Below, in pieces: positions 1 to 7,452 of a DNA stretch of 64,000 bases (the stretch's first letter is position 1; the number at the start of each line of letters is the position of its first letter). The stretch covers positions 16,662 through 80,661 of the forward strand of contig DASWVY010000036.1 of assembly GCA_036401075.1 (NCBI GenBank). The letters are read 5' to 3'. The notes below the pieces were generated by a model. It was given only the letters and a program-made list of their open reading frames with translations. It did not search any database and was not told the origin of the DNA. Made by a program: the position numbers and the translations under genes. The DNA is from Opitutaceae bacterium (GTDB lineage: Bacteria > Verrucomicrobiota > Verrucomicrobiia > Opitutales > Opitutaceae).

Positions 1-31
1 GATCGGGATCAAGCAGATCAAGAACGGATGA
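1..31 (+). CDS. 3' end of an upstream CDS entering from the window edge (probably murE, partial)
   Basis: The frame is open from the edge and ends ..IGIKQIKNG-TGA (stop 29-31). Only about 9 codons are visible, so identity is inferred only from the canonical dcw order murE-murF-mraY. Confidence 0.25.
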   Translation, partial: IGIKQIKNG

Positions 32-37
32 CCGACT

Positions 38-1432
38 GTGCCCGCGTTCGACCCCAAGACCCTCGCCACCTGGACCACTGGAAAGTGGACGCAGGTGCCG
101 CCGGCTCCGTTGAGCGGCTTCACGATGGACACGCGCAGTCTGCGCGCGGGTCAGGTCTTCGTCGCGATCAAGACTGACCGCCGCGACGGACACGATTTTC
201 TGGCCGCGGCCGCCGCGGCCGGCGCGAGCGCCGCGCTGGTGGCGCAGGCCAACCCCGCGATTGCGCTGCCTCAGCTGGTGGTCGCGGATCCGCTGAGCGC
301 GTTCCAGGCGATCGCCGCCGCGCACCGCCGCGCCTTCCGCGCACCGGTCATCGGCATCTCCGGCAGCGCCGGCAAGACCTCGACCAAGAACCTGCTCGCG
401 CTGCTCCTCGGCGGCGAGGAGGGCGGGGTGCTGGCGACGGAGGGGAATCTCAACAACCACCTCGGCGTTCCGCTCACGCTCACCCGGCTCGAGCCCGGGC
501 TCCACAAGTTCGCCGTGATCGAGGCCGGCATCAGCGCCCCGGGCGAGATGGCTCCGCTGGCGCAGATGATCGAACCCGACGTCGCACTCATCACGTTGGT
601 CGGCCCTGCGCACACGCAGGAACTCGGCGGCCTCGAGGGCGTGGCCCGCGAGAAGGCGGTGCTGCCCGCGGCCGTGCGCACCAGCGGTCTCGCGCTTTTC
701 CCGCGGGCGTGCGCGCAGTTCCCGGCGTTTCGCGATCTGTCCGTCCGTACCATCACGGTCGAGGCCGCCGAGGTGCTGCGCCCGGCCGAGCCGCCGCGCG
801 ACCGCGTCTATTTTACGATCACGCAACGCGGTGACACCACGGCGATCGCGCTGGCCTACGGTCCGCCGCCGCCGCTGGTCTTTGCCCTGAGGCGCGTCAC
901 CGCCGGCATGGCCCAGAATGCGGTCCTCGCGATCTGCGCTGCGCTCTGGCTCGGTGTGCCGCGCGATGTGATCCAGCGCCGCCTCGATGAGTACGCACCC
1001 GCGCCGCTGCGCGGGGAGATCCGCCAGGAAGCCGGACGCCTGCTCTACCTCGACTGCTACAACGCGAACCCGGCCTCGATGCGGGATGCGCTGGAGACCT
1101 TTTGCGAACTCGCGCCGGCAGGTGAGCCCCGGCTCTACGTGCTGGGCTGCATGGAGGAACTCGGACCCGAGGCCGCCCGCTATCACCACGAACTCGGCCG
1201 CTCACTCAAGCTCGGGGCGCGTGACCGCGTCTTTGTCGTCGGCGGTGAGGCCGAGTCCGTCCGCGCTGGTGCGCTCGCCGCAGGTGCGACCGCGGGACAG
1301 GTCGAGGTGGTCGCGAACCTCGAGGCCGTGACACCCGTGGTCGCGGCGTTTCAAGGAGCCGTTTTCGTCAAGGGCAGCCGCCGCTACCAACTCGAACAGG
1401 TCGTCGACGGTGCCGCCACCGCCGCCCACTGA
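38..1432 (+). CDS. murF: UDP-N-acetylmuramoyl-tripeptide--D-alanyl-D-alanine ligase
   Basis: 464-aa ORF with a GTG start. Mur-ligase P-loop GISGSAGKTSTKN and a Mur ligase C-terminal domain. Lies directly upstream of mraY. Confidence 0.9.
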   Translation: MPAFDPKTLATWTTGKWTQVPPAPLSGFTMDTRSLRAGQVFVAIKTDRRDGHDFLAAAAAAGASAALVAQANPAIALPQLVVADPLSAFQAIAAAHRRAFRAPVIGISGSAGKTSTKNLLALLLGGEEGGVLATEGNLNNHLGVPLTLTRLEPGLHKFAVIEAGISAPGEMAPLAQMIEPDVALITLVGPAHTQELGGLEGVAREKAVLPAAVRTSGLALFPRACAQFPAFRDLSVRTITVEAAEVLRPAEPPRDRVYFTITQRGDTTAIALAYGPPPPLVFALRRVTAGMAQNAVLAICAALWLGVPRDVIQRRLDEYAPAPLRGEIRQEAGRLLYLDCYNANPASMRDALETFCELAPAGEPRLYVLGCMEELGPEAARYHHELGRSLKLGARDRVFVVGGEAESVRAGALAAGATAGQVEVVANLEAVTPVVAAFQGAVFVKGSRRYQLEQVVDGAATAAH

Positions 1433-1449
1433 TCCGCTTTCCTCTTTCC

Positions 1450-2565
1450 ATGCTCAGCTACCTCGCAGACTACGAGCACCTCTTCGGACCTTTCCGACTC
1501 CTTCGCTACCTCACGGTGCGCACGGCCGGCGCGACCCTGACCGCGCTCGTGATCGGCTTCGTCATCGGACCGATGCTGATCCGTCGTTTTCGCGAACTGA
1601 AGTTCGGCCACGGCTACATCGACGAGCGCACGGGTGCCCTCGGTGCGACCTACTTCGACAAGAAGCACACGCCGACGATGGGCGGGCTGATCATCTTCAT
1701 CTCGGTCTTCATGAGCGCGGTGCTCTGGGCGACGCCGAATGTCTGGGTCTTTGTCTCCCTCTTCGTCTACGCTGCGCTGACCGTGCCGGGCTGGCGCGAC
1801 GACTACCTCAAGGTCGTTCACAAAAACAAGGACGGCATCAATTCGTGGGAAAAGATCGCCTGGCAGTCGCTCGCCACGGTCGTCGCCCTCGGCGTCCTGC
1901 TCTGGCATCCGGTGAGTTCGGAGAAGATCCGTGAGCTATGGGTTCCCTTCTTCAAGGACGCCGTCATCGCGCACATGCCGTGGTGGCTGCTCCTTATCCT
2001 GATCTACCTCTGGGTGGTCGGCTTCAGCAATGCGATCAACCTGACCGACGGACTCGACGGACTGGCGGTCGGCTGCACGATCACGGTGGCGCTGGTGTTT
2101 GGTCTGATGGCCTACGCGGCGGGCAATCGCATCATTTCCGAGTATCTCCTGATCAGCTATGTCCCCGGAGCGGGCGAACTCGCGGTGATCTGCGGCGCGC
2201 TTATTGGCGCGGGCATGGCGTTTCTCTGGTTCAATTCCCATCCTGCTGAGGTGTTCATGGGTGACACGGGCTCGCTCGCACTGGGTGGTCTGATCGGGGT
2301 CATGGCCTTCATGATCCACCAGCCCTTCACGCTGGTGATCGTGGGCGGCGTGTTCGTTCTGGAACTGCTCTCGGTCGTCTTTCAGGTAAGCTGGTTCAAG
2401 TACACCCGGCGCCGGTTTGGCGAGGGGCGCCGGCTCTTGCGCATGGCGCCGCTGCATCATCATTTCCAAAAACTCGGCTGGCCGGAGACCAAGGTGGTGC
2501 TCCGCTTCTGGGTGCTGTCGCTCGGCTTTGCCCTGCTCGGCCTCGCCACGCTTAAGCTGCGCTGA
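1450..2565 (+). CDS. mraY: phospho-N-acetylmuramoyl-pentapeptide transferase
   Basis: 371-aa polytopic membrane ORF with family motifs NAINLTDGLDGLA, MGDTGSLALGG and APLHHHF. Confidence 0.95.
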   Translation: MLSYLADYEHLFGPFRLLRYLTVRTAGATLTALVIGFVIGPMLIRRFRELKFGHGYIDERTGALGATYFDKKHTPTMGGLIIFISVFMSAVLWATPNVWVFVSLFVYAALTVPGWRDDYLKVVHKNKDGINSWEKIAWQSLATVVALGVLLWHPVSSEKIRELWVPFFKDAVIAHMPWWLLLILIYLWVVGFSNAINLTDGLDGLAVGCTITVALVFGLMAYAAGNRIISEYLLISYVPGAGELAVICGALIGAGMAFLWFNSHPAEVFMGDTGSLALGGLIGVMAFMIHQPFTLVIVGGVFVLELLSVVFQVSWFKYTRRRFGEGRRLLRMAPLHHHFQKLGWPETKVVLRFWVLSLGFALLGLATLKLR

Positions 2566-2580
2566 TCGCGAACTCCCTCC

Positions 2581-3876
2581 ATGTTGGTCATTCCTGAGTT
2601 TCTGAAACCCCTGCTGAACGGCCCCGTCGCCGTTTTCGGTGCGGGCGTGAGCGGCCGCTCCGTTTCGCAGTTGGTGACGCGCTTGGGCGGATCGCCGCAA
2701 CTCTTCGACGAAAAGGGTGGTGAAGGCGTGCTCACGGAGTTTCGCGGAGCGCCGGCCACGGAGTATCGCCTGGTGATCTTCTCCCCGGGCTTTGCCTCGA
2801 CCCATCCGTGGATCGGGACGGCGCGCGCCGGTGGAGCGGTCTGCATCGGCGAACTGGATTTTGCCTCGCTCTTCTGGCGCGGCCGGCTCGTGGCGATCAC
2901 CGGCACGAACGGCAAGACGACGTTGACCGAGTTCCTCACCCACGCGCTCCGTGCCGCCGGCCGGGATGCGGAGGCGGCGGGCAACATCGGCTATTCGCTG
3001 TCGCAACTCGTGCTCGACCGCGAGGGCGGGGCGCCCGACAGCATGGTTGTGTGCGAGGTCAGCTCCTTCCAGGCGGAGACGATGCGGCACTTCCGCGCGG
3101 ATTCGGCGATCTGGACCAATTTCGCCGAGGATCATCTCGAGCGTCATGGCGACCTTGAGGCCTACTTTGCCGCCAAGTGGCATCTGTTCGAGCGGACCGT
3201 TGGCGGCGCCGTTTTTGCGGGTTCCAGCGTGCAGCGCTACGCGATCGCGCACGGCCAGACGCTTCCGGCCGAAGCCTGCGTCGCCACCGAGGACCAGCCC
3301 GGTGATGTCCTGTTGCGGGGATCGGTGTTTGCCGAGTATCCCCAGCGGGAGAACTTCCTGCTCGCCGCGGCCTGGTGGCGCGCCGCCGGCCTGCGCGAAC
3401 CGCTGCTCTACACGGCGGCGCAGACCTTCACCCTTGGCGCGCATCGCCTGACACGTGTCGTCGAACGCGGCGGCGTCACGTATTGGAACGACTCCAAGGC
3501 GACCAACTTCCACGCGGTCGAGGCCGCCCTGACGCGCTTTCCGTCGCCGGTCCTGCTCATCGCCGGCGGCAAATCCAAGGGCGGCGATATCGCCGCGTTC
3601 GTTCGCCGGATCGCGCCCCGGGTTCGTCACGTCTTTTTGATCGGGGAAACCCGCAGCGTGCTTTCCACCTTTTGCGGGGCACACGGGATCGAATCGACGG
3701 TCTGTCAGGACCTCGCCGAGGCGGTCGCCGCCGCCGCGGCCCAGGCCCGGGCGGGTGACCATGTTTTGCTCAGTCCGGGCTTCGCGAGCTTCGACCAGTT
3801 CCGCAACTACGAGGACCGCGGACAGCAGTTCGCCCAGCTTGTGAATAACTTGGGAGCAACACCCGTTTTAAGATAG
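2581..3876 (+). CDS. murD: UDP-N-acetylmuramoylalanine--D-glutamate ligase
   Basis: 431 aa. N-terminal Rossmann VFGAGVSGRS and Mur-ligase P-loop ITGTNGKTT. Positioned between mraY and ftsW. Confidence 0.9.
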   Translation: MLVIPEFLKPLLNGPVAVFGAGVSGRSVSQLVTRLGGSPQLFDEKGGEGVLTEFRGAPATEYRLVIFSPGFASTHPWIGTARAGGAVCIGELDFASLFWRGRLVAITGTNGKTTLTEFLTHALRAAGRDAEAAGNIGYSLSQLVLDREGGAPDSMVVCEVSSFQAETMRHFRADSAIWTNFAEDHLERHGDLEAYFAAKWHLFERTVGGAVFAGSSVQRYAIAHGQTLPAEACVATEDQPGDVLLRGSVFAEYPQRENFLLAAAWWRAAGLREPLLYTAAQTFTLGAHRLTRVVERGGVTYWNDSKATNFHAVEAALTRFPSPVLLIAGGKSKGGDIAAFVRRIAPRVRHVFLIGETRSVLSTFCGAHGIESTVCQDLAEAVAAAAAQARAGDHVLLSPGFASFDQFRNYEDRGQQFAQLVNNLGATPVLR

Positions 3877-3909
3877 CAAATCCATCGTCCGCCGAACACA
3901 CTTACTCCT

Positions 3910-5010
3910 ATGAAAATAATGAAGATTTTTGGCCTGGTCGTGGCCGTCCACGCCGCCGTTTTCATGCTGATCTTCGCCATCCCTGGCTGCCGCTCCTCCG
4001 CGCGGCAAAACGCCGTGGTGACGCCGGCCGCCGCTCCGGCGGACGCGATGGTTTCCTACGCCACTCCGACGGCCAGCCCTGCGCTTTCTGGCAGCGAACT
4101 CAATCCGGCGATCACGCCCGCTCCGCTCTTCGATCCGAACGCGCCTGCGATGGCCTCGGGCTCAATTCGTTTCAGCCCCACGCGCCCGGGCGCGGCCGTG
4201 GAAGCGCACACGCCGCCTCCGGCTGAAGCGGCCCCGGCCGTCAACTACACGGTGGTGAAGGGTGACAGCCTCTGGACGGTCGCCAAGCGCCACGGTGTCA
4301 CCGTCGCTGAGCTCGCCGCGGCGAACAACCTGATGACGAACGCGACGCTGCAGTTGAATCAGAAGCTGATCATTCCGCAGAAGGCCGTTGCCGCCGCCGC
4401 GGCCACCGGCGCGCCGGCGACGACTGCCGATGTTCCCACTTACACCGTCAAGTCAGGCGACACGCTCGGAGCCATCGCCCGCCGCAACGGCACCACGGTT
4501 GAAGCCCTGCGTTCCGCGAACCGCCTCAGCGGTGATTCGCTCCGCGCCGGACAGATTCTTGTTCTCCCCGCGGGTGCGACCGTGCCTGCAGCCGCGACGG
4601 AAACGGCGGCCGCCGGTACGACCCCCGCCGCCTCCGCGGCCCGCTCGGCCAATTCGGTTACTCATACCGTCGCCCCTGGTGAAACGCTGAGCGAAATCGC
4701 CCGCCGCTATGGCGTGCGTTACGCCGAGATCGCGACTGCGAACAACATCACGGATCCGACGCGCGTCCGCGCCGGTCAGGAACTCGTGATCCCCGGCTGG
4801 CAGGCGCCGGCGGGCTCCACCGCTGCCGCGCCCGCGAGCACGCCAGCCGCGTCCGCGCCATCCACGTCGTCCTCGGCTCCCGTGCTCTTCATCCCGGGCG
4901 CCGCTGATGATCTTCCGCCCGCCGCCTCTGCGCCGGCCAGTGACATTCCGGTGATCCGCGTGGACGAACCCGGCTCCAGCGCTGACAGCGGCGCGCCTCG
5001 CATCAACTAA
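3910..5010 (+). CDS. membrane-anchored/secreted LysM-repeat protein (three LysM modules)
   Basis: 366 aa with an N-terminal hydrophobic anchor IFGLVVAVHAAVFMLIFAIPGC and Ala/Pro-rich linkers. Three LysM-like modules: YTVVKGDSLWTVAKRHGV.., YTVKSGDTLGAIARRNGT.., HTVAPGETLSEIARRYGV.. Confidence 0.8.
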   Translation: MKIMKIFGLVVAVHAAVFMLIFAIPGCRSSARQNAVVTPAAAPADAMVSYATPTASPALSGSELNPAITPAPLFDPNAPAMASGSIRFSPTRPGAAVEAHTPPPAEAAPAVNYTVVKGDSLWTVAKRHGVTVAELAAANNLMTNATLQLNQKLIIPQKAVAAAAATGAPATTADVPTYTVKSGDTLGAIARRNGTTVEALRSANRLSGDSLRAGQILVLPAGATVPAAATETAAAGTTPAASAARSANSVTHTVAPGETLSEIARRYGVRYAEIATANNITDPTRVRAGQELVIPGWQAPAGSTAAAPASTPAASAPSTSSSAPVLFIPGAADDLPPAASAPASDIPVIRVDEPGSSADSGAPRIN

Positions 5011-5031
5011 GTCGACCGACTCCCGGCTCCT

Positions 5032-6195
5032 ATGTCCCGCCCCGCGCTCGCCCCCAGCCCGCGCAGCCCCCTCGTCCTCAATCCCGCCGCCATCATCGTA
5101 GTCTGTGCGGTCGGCCTTGCGATCCTGGGTCTCACGATCCTCTTCAGCGCCAGCGCTTCGTTTAAGCAGGGACCTTACTACTACCTCAACAAGCAGCTGC
5201 TCGGCGTTGGTCTCGCGGCGGTGGCGTGTTTCATCACGAGCCGCCTCGATCTCGAGTTCGCCCGTCGCTACATCTGGATCATCGGCGGTGTCGCGCTGCT
5301 GCTGCTCGCGCTTGTGCTCATCCCCGGCATCGGTGTGTCCGTCAAGGGCAGCCGTCGCTGGCTCGGGCTTGGGCCGCTCCGCTTTCAGGTCTCTGAGTTC
5401 GGCAAGATCGCGATGGTCTTCTGTCTCGCGCATTATCTGGCATTGAACCAGACGAAGATCGCCGCGTTGAAGGAAGGCTTTCTCATCCCGATCGCGATCA
5501 TCGGCGCGTTTGCCGGGCTGATCGTGATTGAGCCCGATTTCGGTACGGCGGCGCTGACGCTGGTCGTCGGCTTGGTCCTGCTCTTTCTCGCCGGGGCCCG
5601 CTGGCGCTACATCCTGCCGACCGTCGGTGTGGCCGTCGCCGGATTTGCGGTGCTCGTGATCAATAATCCCAACCGCCTGCGCCGCTTCCTCGCGTTTCTC
5701 GATGTCGAGGGCAACAAGCAGGCCGGCACGTATCAACTCTACCAGTCGCTCGCGGCCTTTGCGGTCGGCGGCACCGACGGGGCCGGGCTCGGCCAGGGAC
5801 GTCAGCAGATGAACTTCCTGCCGGAGGCCCACACGGACTTCATCTTCGCGGTCGTGGGCGAGGAGCTGGGCCTGTGGTTCACCCTCGGGACGGTGGCGAT
5901 CTTCGTCATCATCTTCGTGGCCGGACTCATCCACCTGCGCCGCGCGCCGAATCTGTTTCAGTTTCTGCTCGTGACGGGCTCGCTGCTGCTGATCTCGCTG
6001 CAGGCGATCATCAATCTCGGGGTCGTCACCGGCTTGCTGCCGACGAAGGGCATGTCGCTGCCCTTCATCAGCGCCGGTTTGTCCAATCTGCTCCTGATGG
6101 GCGTGCTCATCGGGATCATCATCAACACCCAGCGCAGCTGGGCCAAACCGGCCTTCACGCGCGGCCGCCGCATGATGGAGGAAGTGGCGGCGTGA
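5032..6195 (+). CDS. ftsW: SEDS-family peptidoglycan glycosyltransferase FtsW
   Basis: 387 aa, multi-TM. SEDS motifs GSRRWLGLGPLRFQVSEFGK, PEAHTDFIFAVVGEELG and KGMSLPFISAGLSN. In the dcw position. Confidence 0.9.
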   Translation: MSRPALAPSPRSPLVLNPAAIIVVCAVGLAILGLTILFSASASFKQGPYYYLNKQLLGVGLAAVACFITSRLDLEFARRYIWIIGGVALLLLALVLIPGIGVSVKGSRRWLGLGPLRFQVSEFGKIAMVFCLAHYLALNQTKIAALKEGFLIPIAIIGAFAGLIVIEPDFGTAALTLVVGLVLLFLAGARWRYILPTVGVAVAGFAVLVINNPNRLRRFLAFLDVEGNKQAGTYQLYQSLAAFAVGGTDGAGLGQGRQQMNFLPEAHTDFIFAVVGEELGLWFTLGTVAIFVIIFVAGLIHLRRAPNLFQFLLVTGSLLLISLQAIINLGVVTGLLPTKGMSLPFISAGLSNLLLMGVLIGIIINTQRSWAKPAFTRGRRMMEEVAA

Positions 6196-6303
6196 GGAAA
6201 ATCCGAAGGACGAAATCCGAATGACGAAGGGACAGACTATCGATCTACGGCCTTTCGTTTCCGTGTTTCCTTTTCGTCATTCGGACTTCGTCATTCGGAT
6301 TTC
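6196..6303. repeat. composite inverted repeat, family A copy 1 (ftsW-murG spacer)
   Basis: The left arm (6196-6230) has two tandem ~14-nt units CCGAAnGACGAAnn. The right arm (6269-6303) is their complement, about 27/29 paired with a 2-nt indel. Contains the 17-mer GAAATCCGAATGACGAA (6212-6228) and its reverse complement (6287-6303). Confidence 0.9.
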
Positions 6304-6306
6304 ACG

Positions 6307-7452
6307 TTGAAAACGTTTCTTATCAGCTGCGGTGGCACCGGTGGTCACCTCTCTCCCGGCATTGCGCTCGCTGAAGGCCTGCGGGCGCGCGGGCATCGAG
6401 TGACGCTGTTCATCAGCCACAAGAAGATCGATGCCCGGCTGGTGGAGAAATATCCGGACCTTTCCTTTGTGCGGATTCCGGGCGCGCCGTTCGGGGCGCA
6501 TCCCGCGACGTTCGCCCGCTTTGTCTGGCACCAGACGCACGCCTTCTTTTTCAGCCTGCGCCAGGTGCGCACGCTCAAGCCGGCCGGCATCGTGGGCTTT
6601 GGCGGCTTCACGACGGCGAGCCTGATGGTCGCGGGCGCGCTTGCCGGCATTCCGGTGGCGCTGCACGAGGCCAACCGCGTGCCGGGCCGCGCGATCCGTC
6701 TGCTCGGCCGCCTGGCCCGGCGCGTCTACTTGCCACCGGGCGTCGATCTCCCGCAGGCCCGGGCCGGAGCGGTCCGTCCCGCCGGGCTGCCGGTGCGTCA
6801 GGAAATTGTCCGCCGTGATCGTGCGGCGGCCTGCGCCGTGCTCGGACTCGATCCGCAGCGACCGGTGCTCGCGGTGCTTGGCGGATCGCAGGGCGCTTCG
6901 GCGCTCAACGATTGGGCGCGACGAAACGCCGAGCCGCTGGCGCGGGCGGGCGTGCAGCTTTACTGCGTGACCGGTCCCGGCAAGGGCGACGAGGGCGCGA
7001 AGGCCTATGCCGGCCCCGGTGGCGCGCCGGTGAACGCGGTGTTTGTCTCCTTCTCCGATCGCATGGCCGACATCATGTCCGCCGCTGACCTCGTGGTGTC
7101 GCGCGCGGGCGCTGGCACGATTGCGGAACTCATCCGCTGCCACACGCCGGCGGTGCTCGTGCCGTTTCCCCAGGCGGCCGACAATCATCAGGCCGCGAAT
7201 GCGGCATGGTTCGCGCGCGAAGGGGGAGGCGTCGTGGTCGATCAGGCCGATCTAGCCGCGCTTGATCGCGAAGTGCCCGCTTGGATGAACGATGCTGCGC
7301 GCCGGGCGGCGAGTCAGGCTCGTCTGCAGCAACTCGACCAGGCCGATCCGCTCAGCTTCATGTTGGAGGATCTCGAGGCACTGACCGCCGGGCGGGGTGC
7401 AAGTGGTCCGGGCACGTCGACGCCGGCGACCAAGGCGGGGGTGACGTCGTGA
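6307..7452 (+). CDS. murG: undecaprenyldiphospho-muramoylpentapeptide beta-N-acetylglucosaminyltransferase
   Basis: 381 aa with a TTG start. GT28 N-terminal motif CGGTGGHLSPGIALAE. In the dcw position. Confidence 0.9.
   Translation: MKTFLISCGGTGGHLSPGIALAEGLRARGHRVTLFISHKKIDARLVEKYPDLSFVRIPGAPFGAHPATFARFVWHQTHAFFFSLRQVRTLKPAGIVGFGGFTTASLMVAGALAGIPVALHEANRVPGRAIRLLGRLARRVYLPPGVDLPQARAGAVRPAGLPVRQEIVRRDRAAACAVLGLDPQRPVLAVLGGSQGASALNDWARRNAEPLARAGVQLYCVTGPGKGDEGAKAYAGPGGAPVNAVFVSFSDRMADIMSAADLVVSRAGAGTIAELIRCHTPAVLVPFPQAADNHQAANAAWFAREGGGVVVDQADLAALDREVPAWMNDAARRAASQARLQQLDQADPLSFMLEDLEALTAGRGASGPGTSTPATKAGVTS

Noticed and set aside
7281-7448. Long N-terminal extensions offered by the ORF track. 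Affected ORFs: murC-murB from 7281, ftsA from 11685, ispA to 30457, MFS to 43220, FG-GAP to 45113, hpf to 55730, TBDR from 56692.
   Set aside because: The extensions are Arg/Pro/Gly-rich, overlap upstream genes or terminators, and precede internal starts that give canonical N-termini or signal peptides.
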